Below, piece by piece: positions 17,725-26,191 of a DNA stretch of 64,000 nt. The first letter of the stretch is position 1; each line of letters starts with the position of its first letter. The notes beneath the pieces are model-generated. The model did no database searches and had not been told where the DNA came from. It was given only the letters and a program-made list of their open reading frames with translations. A program made the translations under genes and the position numbers. Location of the stretch: contig JBBRXX010000003.1 in the NCBI GenBank assembly GCA_038238245.1, positions 21,486-85,485 on the forward strand, given 5' to 3'. This DNA comes from Acidimicrobiia bacterium (GTDB taxonomy: Bacteria > Actinomycetota > Acidimicrobiia > IMCC26256 > PALSA-610).

Positions 17725-18546
17725 ATGAACTCGATGGCACGCCGGATGTTCGAGCTCGTCGAGCCGATCGGTGTCATCCCTTACTCAGCTGACGAACCCA
17801 ACGAAGCGATGTTCGCCCTCGGGTTCACCAACTACTGGGACACCTACTTCGCCGGACGGGCGGCGCCCCTGGGCCGCGCCACCGCGGAGGTAGTGGACGC
17901 GCTCTTCTACAACTTCGCTCCCGGTGAGGTGGCCCGACACATTCCGAAGGTGTGGCGCACCACCACACCGGAAGCGGCGATCCCCGCTCGCCAGGCGGGC
18001 TGCGTGAAGGCATTGCGACGGATCCTCGGCGATCACGTCGACTCTCCCGGCTTCGCCCGCGCCGCTGAACTGTTGACCAAGGCCGCGACCAGCGCACCGT
18101 TCGAGGGCCGGCCGATGTACGCCGCACTGCGCGCGATCCCGATCCCCAATGACGTGGTGGCCCGCCTGTTCCATGCCGCTTCCTTGCTGCGCGAGCACCG
18201 TGGCGACGGACACATCGCAGCCCTGATGATTGAGGGTGTCGGCGGCCTCGAGGCGCACGTCCTGTTGGCCCTCGACATGGACATGCCCGCGGAGAAGTTC
18301 GGACGCATCCACCACCTCCCGGCAGCGCAGCTCGCCGCCGTAATCGACGGAATGCGCGATCGCGGCCTGATCGGCGATGACGGTTGGCTCAGCGAACAGG
18401 GTCGCGCTGTCAAACGACGGGTCGAGGCGCTCACCGACGACCTCGCGGCGAAGCCCTACGAAAGCCTCGAGCCGGGCGAGCTCGACGAGCTCATGGCCAC
18501 GCTCGAGCCGCTCGCCGCGCTGCTCCTCGCCGCCCAGGACGGGTAG
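17725..18546 (+). CDS. Conserved hypothetical protein
   Basis: ATG 17725 with AGGAGGAG SD at 17711-17718; high GC3; no motif I can assign. Confidence 0.6.
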   Translation: MNSMARRMFELVEPIGVIPYSADEPNEAMFALGFTNYWDTYFAGRAAPLGRATAEVVDALFYNFAPGEVARHIPKVWRTTTPEAAIPARQAGCVKALRRILGDHVDSPGFARAAELLTKAATSAPFEGRPMYAALRAIPIPNDVVARLFHAASLLREHRGDGHIAALMIEGVGGLEAHVLLALDMDMPAEKFGRIHHLPAAQLAAVIDGMRDRGLIGDDGWLSEQGRAVKRRVEALTDDLAAKPYESLEPGELDELMATLEPLAALLLAAQDG

Positions 18547-18989
18547 CCGCAGCAGCGACAGTTGTGTTCGCGGCATTGTCGAGAGGCCGCCCGCAACATC
18601 TCGAAGACTGATGCGCGACATGCGGGTCGAGGCGCGATAACCGTTTGACACGTTGCGCGCGTTCCCGCATCATCGTCGTTCTATGGCACGCATATTCACC
18701 ACCGAAAGATTGCTGCGGGGACAATCCCCGAGCTTCGGCGAGCGCGCGTGCTTCTTCGATCGCTGGCTCGCATACGCGAGCCGATCGAAGCTCTCGTAGG
18801 GCGAGCGTTCTCGCACCAGCGTCGTTGCGGCTTCTGCCTTGCGCGCACCGCGTCGTGCGCGTATTCCATCCATGGGCTCGAGCCACGGTGGCGCCGCGGT
18901 CTCCAACACCGACGGCAGGGGGTTCGACACCTTCCGAGCCTGCTCAGGGACGGTCCCGGACACCAGCACCTTGACAACTGCACACACAT

Positions 18990-19063
18990 GCTGTCGTAGC
19001 TCAACTGGTTCGAGCGCCGGCCCGTCAAGCCGGAGGATGCGGGTTCGAGTCCCGTCGACGGCG
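18990..19063 (+). tRNA. tRNA-Asp (anticodon GTC)
   Basis: Acceptor GCTGTCG/CGACGGC, anticodon stem CCGGC/GCCGG with loop CCGTCAA, T-arm GCGGG-TTCGAGT-CCCGT. Confidence 0.8.
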
Positions 19064-19068
19064 CGCTC

Positions 19069-19141
19069 GTCGACGTCGCCGAATGGAAAAGGTGCCGGCC
19101 TACGAAGCCGGAGGTTGCAGGTTCGACCCCTGCCGTCGACG
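19069..19141 (+). tRNA. tRNA-Arg (anticodon ACG), second copy with 3-bp D-stem plus G13:A22; CCA encoded
   Basis: Acceptor GTCGACG/CGTCGAC, anticodon stem CCGGC/GCCGG with loop CTACGAA, T-arm GCAGG-TTCGACC-CCTGC, followed by GCCA. A20 present. Confidence 0.6.
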
Positions 19142-19153
19142 CCAATCGATCAA

Positions 19154-19227
19154 CTCGCCGTAGCTCAGCGGGACAGAGCACCGCGTTCCGAACGCGAAGG
19201 TCGCACGTTCGAATCGTGCCGGCGAGG
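19154..19227 (+). tRNA. tRNA-Arg (anticodon CCG)
   Basis: Acceptor CTCGCCG/CGGCGAG, D-arm GCTC-AGCGGGACA-GAGC, anticodon loop TTCCGAA on stem CCGCG/CGCGA (27:43 mismatch), T-arm GCACG-TTCGAAT-CGTGC. Confidence 0.6.
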
Positions 19228-19328
19228 CGCAAGCGTTCTCGGAAACGATCCGGCGAACCACTTCGGCGTTTCCTTGCTCACGAATCGGCCTGATGCGCAG
19301 ACGGGGGTTCCTTCTGCTTCAGACAGGG

Positions 19329-19358
19329 TGGTTGCGGGTTCGAGTCCCGTCGTCGTTC
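19329..19358 (+). pseudogene. tRNA 3'-half fragment: T-arm GCGGGTTCGAGTCCCGTCG identical to tRNA-Asp 18990..19063, with no matching 5' half
   Basis: 19334-19352 matches 19037-19055 exactly (19 nt); no acceptor partner found upstream; followed by CGTCG-TTCG-CGACG hairpin. Confidence 0.45.
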
Positions 19359-19458
19359 GCGACGTACACGCTCGGCGGCTTCACCGACGCGACCTTCACC
19401 GCGATCAAGGTGATCGAGGACGGCTGCAACGCGACCTGGCCGTTCTGAGACGCGCGCG

Positions 19459-20079
19459 CTACGCGCTCGCGGTTGGACCGGCCGGGCGGTAGACGCAGAT
19501 CAGCACGCCCGTCTTCGCCTGTGTCACGGAGACGAGCTCCAGCGGCCGCGCCCGGCCATCGGACGGGAAGATCGTCTTCCCGCCGCCCAGCAGGATCGGC
19601 TCGAGCATGAGCTGGTACTCGTCGACGAGATCGTGCTCGATGAGCTGGCGAGCCAGCGAGGCACTGCCCCAGATCTGCAGGCCGCCGTCACCACCACTCG
19701 TTCGCAGCGTGCGGATCGCCTCGATCGCGTCGCCGTCGCCCCCACCGAGCAGGGTCGTGTTGTTCCACCTCGACGACGCCTCCTCCGCCGACAGCGTCCG
19801 CGAGACGACGTACTTCGGGATGGCGTTCATCTGGTCGGCGTACGGATCGCCCGCGCGCTCCGGCCAGGCGGCGGCCATGCCTTCCCACGTGCGCCGCCCG
19901 AACAGCAACGCCGCGGTGCGCCCCATGACCTCGGCGATGACAGCTCCCATCGAGTCGGGGTCGAAGAACGGCATCGACCAGCCTCCGCGCTGGAACCCGC
20001 CCTCGGTGTCCTCGTCCTTTCCGCCTGGCGCCTGCACGACGCCGTCGACGCTGATGAAGTCACTGAGGATGATTCGCAT
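19459..20079 (-). CDS. Dihydrofolate reductase family protein (RibD C-terminal domain-like)
   Basis: MRIILSDFISVDGVVQAPGG...LLFGRRTWEGMAAAW...LVDEYQLMLEPILLGGGKTIF pattern. Confidence 0.8.
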   Translation of the reverse strand: MRIILSDFISVDGVVQAPGGKDEDTEGGFQRGGWSMPFFDPDSMGAVIAEVMGRTAALLFGRRTWEGMAAAWPERAGDPYADQMNAIPKYVVSRTLSAEEASSRWNNTTLLGGGDGDAIEAIRTLRTSGGDGGLQIWGSASLARQLIEHDLVDEYQLMLEPILLGGGKTIFPSDGRARPLELVSVTQAKTGVLICVYRPAGPTASA

Positions 20080-20124
20080 GTCGCATGAGACGATGCCGCG
20101 TCGCCGAACTCATCGCAACCGGCG

Positions 20125-20697
20125 ATGACTTTCGGTCTCGCGTCACGTCAGAAAGTCATGGACGCAACGAACCTCGCCGACCTGTACCGACTGCCCCCGC
20201 TCGACTGGGCCCGCATCGAAGCCCGGCTCGACCAGGGCATGACGCAAGCGCCGGAGACCGGCGGCCCGGACCGTCATACGTGCTGGTTGGCGACGATCAA
20301 CCGGGATGGCACCCCGCACCTCACGGGCGTCGGCGCGCTCTGGGTCGACAGCGCCTTCTGGTTCGAGACCGGCGGAGCGACACGCAAAGCGAGGAACCTC
20401 GCTCGCGACGCGCGCTGCACATTGAGCGTCTCGACGCGCGAGTTCGACCTCGTGGTAGAGGGCGAGGCGCGCAGGATCACCGACCCGACGACGGTCGCGG
20501 CAATGGCCGCACGATGGGCCGCCGGGGGGTGGCCTGCTCGCGTCGACGAATCCGGTCAGGCGCTCACGGCCGAATTCAGTGCTCCTTCGGCGGGACCGCC
20601 GCCATGGTTCGTCTACCGGCTGACGCCTTCCTCGGCTACGGCACTCTCGACGGTCGAGCCGGGCGGTGCGACGCGCTGGCGCAATTTCCACCAGTGA
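20125..20697 (+). CDS. Pyridoxamine 5'-phosphate oxidase family (FMN-binding split-barrel) protein
   Basis: TCWLATINRDGTPHLTGVGALWVDSAFWFETG pattern; alternative start ATG 20158. Confidence 0.65.
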   Translation: MTFGLASRQKVMDATNLADLYRLPPLDWARIEARLDQGMTQAPETGGPDRHTCWLATINRDGTPHLTGVGALWVDSAFWFETGGATRKARNLARDARCTLSVSTREFDLVVEGEARRITDPTTVAAMAARWAAGGWPARVDESGQALTAEFSAPSAGPPPWFVYRLTPSSATALSTVEPGGATRWRNFHQ

Positions 20698-20954
20698 CGC
20701 ACCGTCGACGCGCGGCGCATGGCAATGCGATCGCGCCGCCGAAGGTCATGTGCGTGCGAAATATGGGAAACGTCGTTACGCACCCGTTACGTCACGTATG
20801 CCGGGGATCGTCGGCCTGACGTCCCGCTCTGTCAGCACAGTGCGCCGGATACCTCGTCGGAGAGCGGGGGCGGCCGCTTGTGCTCTCCGCGCGTCGGGTG
20901 TAGTCCTTCGGTACTTGGAGCGGGGTCCGTTCTCAGGTCTTTGGGGGATTCTTC

Positions 20955-22349
20955 ATGCGCAAGTTGTTCTTGATCGGCATGGTTGTCGCGCTCGTCATCG
21001 CCGCGGCCGGATGCAAGCTGGTGGTCACACCGAACGCGCCGAACGGCTGGTCCTTCGTCAACGAGGGAAGCAACGGGAGCGGGTACTACGTCAACGGCCC
21101 GGGCGATCCGCCGGCCGGTCGTGGGAGCGCGCTCTTGACGATCGATGGCACCGGCCGTGAGGCGGTCGCAACCGGCCTCTTCAGCGGGAGACGGCTCGAC
21201 ACGTTCACCACGTTGAAGTACTCGACGTATCAGGCGTTCTCGGGCTCGCCCAACGAGACGCTTTATCTCCAGTTCGACGTCGATTACGACTCCACCGACT
21301 CGTCCACCGTCTACCAGGGCCGGCTCGTGTACGTGCCGTCAGCCTCTCAGACGGTCTTGCCAAAGACGTGGCAGGAGTGGAACACGATGGACACGAATGC
21401 GTCGTGGTATTCGTCGGCCAGCGGTGCATCTGGGAACCGCCCGATCGTCAATGACACCCCGGAGGCGAACCCGCCCTGCGACGGGACCCCGTCCTGCACG
21501 TGGGCGACCATATTGGCCGACTACCCGAACGCGCGAGTGCGCCCGACGCTGAACAGCGTGCCGAGCCCGCTCCTCATTCGTGCCGGGGGTCCGGTCACCG
21601 GTGGCTTCGTAGGCGCGACCGACAACGTGATCGTCGGCATCAGCGGCACCGACGTCGAAACGAACTTCGAGCCCGGTGACGGCAACGTCGTCATCAACAC
21701 GTCGAACGCGGCCTCCCGCGGGTTCGCGTTCGTGAACGAGGGGGCGAACGGCAGCGGATCCTTCGTCGGCGGGCCGAGCGGTTCGGACGGCTCGGGCAGC
21801 GCGAAGCTCACGGTCGACCAGACTGGAGGCGAGGCGTTGGTGAACGGTCTCTACGCCGGAACGCGGCTCGATCACCTCAGCTTCTTGTCGTACAAGACCT
21901 ACCAGGCGGCCGCAACGCACGCGACGACGCTGCAGCTCGACGCCGACTACGACGCCACCGACAACACGACGCAGTTCCAGGGCCGCATCGTGTTCGAACC
22001 CGAACTCGCGGGAGCGGCGCCGATCACGAACGAGATCTGGCAAACGTGGAACCCCCTTACCACGCCGTCAGGTTGGTGGCAGACCGGCACGCCGAGGGTC
22101 GGCGGGATCGTCGTCGCACAGGAATGCACCCAGGCGAACCCGTGCTCGTTTGCCGAGCTCCTCGGCCACTACCCCAACGCGGCGATCCGCCCCATCACCG
22201 GGCAGACCGGTGGGCAACCGATCGCCGGCGGGATCTGGCTCAAGGCCGGGAGCGGCTGGGGGAACTTCACCGGCAACATCGACTCGCTGACCACGGCGGT
22301 CAACGTCGGTGCAGTCAACGGCACCGCGACCTACGACTTCGAGCCGTAA
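20955..22349 (+). CDS. Secreted lipoprotein with two tandem ~215-aa internal repeat domains
   Basis: Signal peptide with lipobox IAAAGC; repeat 1 WSFVNEGSNGSGYYVNGPGD...LKYSTYQA, repeat 2 FAFVNEGANGSGSFVGGPSG...LSYKTYQA; GGGGGA SD. Confidence 0.75.
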   Translation: MRKLFLIGMVVALVIAAAGCKLVVTPNAPNGWSFVNEGSNGSGYYVNGPGDPPAGRGSALLTIDGTGREAVATGLFSGRRLDTFTTLKYSTYQAFSGSPNETLYLQFDVDYDSTDSSTVYQGRLVYVPSASQTVLPKTWQEWNTMDTNASWYSSASGASGNRPIVNDTPEANPPCDGTPSCTWATILADYPNARVRPTLNSVPSPLLIRAGGPVTGGFVGATDNVIVGISGTDVETNFEPGDGNVVINTSNAASRGFAFVNEGANGSGSFVGGPSGSDGSGSAKLTVDQTGGEALVNGLYAGTRLDHLSFLSYKTYQAAATHATTLQLDADYDATDNTTQFQGRIVFEPELAGAAPITNEIWQTWNPLTTPSGWWQTGTPRVGGIVVAQECTQANPCSFAELLGHYPNAAIRPITGQTGGQPIAGGIWLKAGSGWGNFTGNIDSLTTAVNVGAVNGTATYDFEP

Positions 22350-22367
22350 ACCGACCCGGAGAAACTC

Positions 22368-22405
22368 ACGGCCGCCGCGTCCTCGGACGCGGCGGCCGTT
22401 TCTTG
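22368..22405 (+). terminator. Rho-independent terminator between convergent lipoprotein and phospholipase C genes
   Basis: ACGGCCGCCGCGTCC-TCG-GGACGCGGCGGCCGT perfect stem followed by TTCTT. Confidence 0.7.
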
Positions 22406-22464
22406 CGACGGGTGTCGCGCGCCCTGCAGGACCCGATCTCGTTGGGTCTACGAGCGCGCGCCGA

Positions 22465-24846
22465 TCATGGGATGACGACCTCGCGTGTCGACGAAGACGG
22501 TGGGCCGGTCCCGTTCGCGTTCACCGCTGCGATCACGAACGTGTACGGCTGCCCGTGAATGAGACCGGAGACGGTTCCTGAGGTTGCGCCCGCCGGGAAG
22601 CTCACGGCCGCGGACGTCAGCGGCACGGCCTTGTAGCGCGGCGTCACGACGTAGCCCGTGATCGCCGACCCGTTGTTGTTCGCGGGCGCTGTCCAGCTCA
22701 CCGTTGCCGAACCAGGCGGCCCGGTCGTCACCATTTGATTGGATGGTCGGGTGGGTGCGCCGACAGTGATCGCGGAGGTCGTCGTCGGCAGGCCTGCACC
22801 GCGGCCGTTCACGGCGACGATGCTGAACGTGTAGTTCTCGGCGTTGCTCAGGCCGGTCACGACCCCACCCGTCGCGGATGCAGGGAACGAGGTGGTCGGA
22901 AGGGTCGTGAACCCCAAGTGCGGAGTGACGCGGTATGTGACGATCCCGGAGCCGTTCGTCGTCGTCGGAGGCTTCCAGTGGAGGGTGGCACTCTGGTTGC
23001 CGGGCGTCACCGTGACCGACAAAGGCGGCGTCGGCGCGCCGATCGTGATCGGGGGGGTCGCTTGCCAGGGAATGCCGAGCCCGAGGGCGTTCGTGGCGTA
23101 CATCGTGAACGTGTACGCCTGCCCGTTGGTGAGATTCTTCACGCTGCCGGTAAGGGGACCGGTCGAGGCGCTGCCCGGGTAGCTGGTCGACGGCAAGACG
23201 GTCGTTCCCTTACGGGGAACCACCTTGTAGCTCGTGATCGGTGAGCCGCCCGTGCTGAGCGGAGCGAACCACGTGAGGGTTGCCTTGCCGTCGCCCGTGA
23301 CGGCCGTGACGTTCCGTGGCGGGTACGGGGGCACGTTCGTCAGCGTCGTCGCCGGATGGACCGGGAGCAGCATTGGCGGTCGCGGCGCCTGCGTGAAGTC
23401 GAAGTCGTTGACGAGATCTCCGAGGATCCCGACGTTCTCGCGGATGGTCGGCCGCGGGTCCGGGCGGCCATCGTTGGTCGGGTCGAGACGCTGACCGCCG
23501 AGAAAGTCGTCCTCGATGAACTTGAGGTACGCGTCGAAGCTCAATGTCTGATGGTCGACATAGCCGCGCTTTGCGTACGGGCTGATCACGATGCCCGGGA
23601 CGCGCAGGCCGTAGCCGTTGACGTCGACGTTCGGCGGCACGACGTGATCGTAGAAACCGCCCCAGTCGTCCCACGCCAAGAAGATCGCGGTCGATGACCA
23701 TTCCGGGCTCTTCATCACGGCGTTCACGAGGCTGGTCACGTACGACTGCCCGGCGCTGACCGACGAAGGCGGGTGCTCGCTCACGTCGCCGGACGGCACG
23801 ATCCACGACACCGCGGGCAACGTTCCGTTTTTCGCGGCCGAGTAGAAGTTTCCGATCGACTGAATGTTGCCGACCTGGCCGTTGTTGCGGACGGTGTCGA
23901 AGTACGGCAGCGGGTTCCAGATGCCGAACGTGGTCGGCTGCTGCACGACCGGCGCGCACGAGACGGAAGCGTCATCCTCGCAGTCGGGTTCGGTTCCCGC
24001 CACGACGTAGTAGCCCCACGACACCGCGTTCTTGTGCAGCAGGTAGGTCAGATCCGTCCACGCATAAGTGGGTGACAGGGGGTTGATCTGTAGGTTCGTC
24101 GGATCACCCGCGATCGCGGGTTGGGCCCCCGCCTGGTCGGGGTCGTTCGTGCACGATGAGGGGGCGTGGCTCGTGCATTTCGCCGACCAGCCTGACACTT
24201 GGAAGAGGTGGGCGGGCAGGCTCCAGGACGCGTTCGGCTGAAACATGCGGTCTTGCAGCACGAAGTTGCGCGCGTACGCCCAGTAGTTCCTGATGTCGGA
24301 CTCCGTGTGATAACCGAGGACGTTCACCGGGTTGTAACGGCAGCCCACGGCGATCCCGCCGCACGCCTCCGCGTTTCTCTGCGCCTCGGTCAAGAAGCCG
24401 TCCATCCTGCCGCCGTCGATGTTGGCGATCGCGTTGGCGCCCCCGTGCGGACCACCCACGACATAGCCGCGGTGATCGACGAACGGGTGCACGCAGGGAC
24501 CGCTGCCGCTCGGGATGCACGGGCTGGGCTTGCCGTTCACCATCGGGATGCCGTCGGCGCCCGGGTAGGTCCCGAAGTACTGGTCGAACGAACGGTTCTC
24601 CTGCATGATCATCACGACGTGCTGGATCTTCTGGATGCCCGTCAGTGGCGCAGGCGCTGCCGCCGATGCGCGTTCCGCACCAGAAGTCGTTGCAATCACC
24701 AAGTTGACCGCCATCACGGCGAGCACCAGCGCGATTGATCCGTAACGCCAACCCGGACGCCGTGCGCGTCGGCGCGACGTGAAAGCGTCAGCGACGTTCG
24801 GACGCGAGGACTCGACCGACAGGTGAACCGAATCGAGATCGCGCAT
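22465..24846 (-). CDS. Phospholipase C / phosphoesterase-family protein with three C-terminal fibronectin type III repeats; N-terminal membrane anchor or signal
   Basis: Phosphoesterase motifs [37 protein letters not shown], and three WxAP...G(S/A)..(I/V)TxY(K/R)V FN3-like repeats. Start ATG 24846 with GGAGG SD; 5' extension to 24999 rejected. Confidence 0.85.
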   Translation of the reverse strand: MRDLDSVHLSVESSRPNVADAFTSRRRARRPGWRYGSIALVLAVMAVNLVIATTSGAERASAAAPAPLTGIQKIQHVVMIMQENRSFDQYFGTYPGADGIPMVNGKPSPCIPSGSGPCVHPFVDHRGYVVGGPHGGANAIANIDGGRMDGFLTEAQRNAEACGGIAVGCRYNPVNVLGYHTESDIRNYWAYARNFVLQDRMFQPNASWSLPAHLFQVSGWSAKCTSHAPSSCTNDPDQAGAQPAIAGDPTNLQINPLSPTYAWTDLTYLLHKNAVSWGYYVVAGTEPDCEDDASVSCAPVVQQPTTFGIWNPLPYFDTVRNNGQVGNIQSIGNFYSAAKNGTLPAVSWIVPSGDVSEHPPSSVSAGQSYVTSLVNAVMKSPEWSSTAIFLAWDDWGGFYDHVVPPNVDVNGYGLRVPGIVISPYAKRGYVDHQTLSFDAYLKFIEDDFLGGQRLDPTNDGRPDPRPTIRENVGILGDLVNDFDFTQAPRPPMLLPVHPATTLTNVPPYPPRNVTAVTGDGKATLTWFAPLSTGGSPITSYKVVPRKGTTVLPSTSYPGSASTGPLTGSVKNLTNGQAYTFTMYATNALGLGIPWQATPPITIGAPTPPLSVTVTPGNQSATLHWKPPTTTNGSGIVTYRVTPHLGFTTLPTTSFPASATGGVVTGLSNAENYTFSIVAVNGRGAGLPTTTSAITVGAPTRPSNQMVTTGPPGSATVSWTAPANNNGSAITGYVVTPRYKAVPLTSAAVSFPAGATSGTVSGLIHGQPYTFVIAAVNANGTGPPSSSTREVVIP

Positions 24847-24863
24847 ACGAACCTCCGACTGAT

Positions 24864-25073
24864 TCAGTCGCGAGTGTTGTCCGTGGTCTTCGAAGGATCG
24901 GCCTGCTGCGCGGCTGCGCGCTCGGCCTTTCGTACCCAGGCGTGCAGGGCCTGTCGCGTCGTACCGATTTGCGAGGCGACATGCATCATCGTTTGCCACT
25001 CCGTGCGGCGATCTCGCCGGGAATCGAGGACCAATTGCACCGCGCGCTGGCGTTCCTCTGCCGAGAATTCCTT
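24864..25073 (-). mobile_element. IS3-family insertion sequence remnant (N-terminal ~69 codons of orfA only)
   Basis: HTH_Tnp_1-like peptide; no orfB, frameshift site or terminal inverted repeats remain. Immediately abuts the phospholipase C start. Confidence 0.5.
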
Positions 25074-25766
25074 CCTCTTGCAGTCCACGACGACGCTGAC
25101 CCGTTTGCCCCGTAGGTAGTCGAGCATCTGCTCCCTGTCGAGCAGTCCCGATGTTGCCCAGTCGAAATATTCATACGTCCACGCGAAGCTGGACAACATC
25201 GCGTCGAGCGCTCCGCGGCTGGGATAACCCTCCACTGATTCTCCGAGCCGAAGCGGACGACCGTCGACCGGGCCCCGAAGCTCGATGACCGCACCCTCGA
25301 GGAGAGAGATGTTGGTGTCGATGATCAAGGTTCGAGGATCGAGCTCAGCGATCTTTGTCAACAACAGCAGGTGAGAGTTGACGTGATAGAGGATCCCGAA
25401 GCAGAGAACAACGTCACAATGCTCGATCTGGTCGATGAGCTCGTAGATGTCTCCGACAAGGAACTCGTACTTGTCGGAGGGGACGTTGTAGTACGCCATG
25501 TTGTCGAGACTCTTTTGTACCAAGTCTGCACCGAACTCGATTCCGATCACCCGGGCCGCGCCGGCCTGCAAGGCGGCGAAACTGAACCGGCCGTCGTGGC
25601 TCGCGAGGTCGAGGACCGTTGCTCCTTCGATGAGCTTGCGGTTCTCGTGAATTATCCCCAGGTAACGAGCGTTGAGCCGATCCACGACAGAGCCCAACTG
25701 GTCCGTCTCGACGAATCTCGAAAAGTGGTCGAAGAATCGAGTTGGATCGAAGGACTGATCGGTCAT
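24864..25766 (-). CDS. Class I SAM-dependent methyltransferase (paralog of 28224..29231) with in-frame C-terminal IS3-family transposase OrfA HTH fragment
   Basis: SAM motif [12 protein letters not shown], motif GILYHV; last ~69 aa [49 protein letters not shown] match the IS3/IS911 OrfA N-terminal HTH. Confidence 0.7.
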   Translation of the reverse strand: MTDQSFDPTRFFDHFSRFVETDQLGSVVDRLNARYLGIIHENRKLIEGATVLDLASHDGRFSFAALQAGAARVIGIEFGADLVQKSLDNMAYYNVPSDKYEFLVGDIYELIDQIEHCDVVLCFGILYHVNSHLLLLTKIAELDPRTLIIDTNISLLEGAVIELRGPVDGRPLRLGESVEGYPSRGALDAMLSSFAWTYEYFDWATSGLLDREQMLDYLRGKRVSVVVDCKRKEFSAEERQRAVQLVLDSRRDRRTEWQTMMHVASQIGTTRQALHAWVRKAERAAAQQADPSKTTDNTRD

Positions 25767-26191
25767 CCAAGTTCTCCTACGAGGTACGCCGGTGCGGCGA
25801 GCGCCGCGATACTACGCGGCTGCTCGCGCGCCCTCTCCGGAGCGCACGCGAGGTGGTTCGATCTGCCAGCGGCGTGCATCTTGCGAAACTCACTGGAGTG
25901 CGCCGATCCTTCGGGGACCACATGACGGCTGCCTCGCTAGCTGCCGCACTCGACGATCCGGTCGGGCTTGACTTCGCAGACGATCTCTTGCGTGACCCAC
26001 GGATGTTGCAGGTCGGAACGCCGCACCAGCGGTGTGCGAACAAGGTCGACTTCTTCTCCGCGCACCACAGCTCGGCGAGACGGCGGACGATCTCATCGCG
26101 CTCCCCGCTGGACACGTCCGAAGGGTACCGACGCCCCAGGTGCACAGAAAGGACGTAATGGCTACAGTTTGCTCCCTCGGAGAGGGACAAC

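Noticed and set aside
18670-18987. ORF 18670..18987(-), 105 aa, less Arg-rich than other artefacts
   Set aside because: No RBS, no motif, lies in a hairpin-rich non-coding region immediately before the tRNA cluster; treated as non-coding.
24847-24999. 5' extension of the phospholipase C ORF to ATG 24999 ([13 protein letters not shown]...)
   Set aside because: Overlaps the IS3 HTH remnant in another frame; ATG 24846 has a GGAGG SD and is followed by a membrane anchor.
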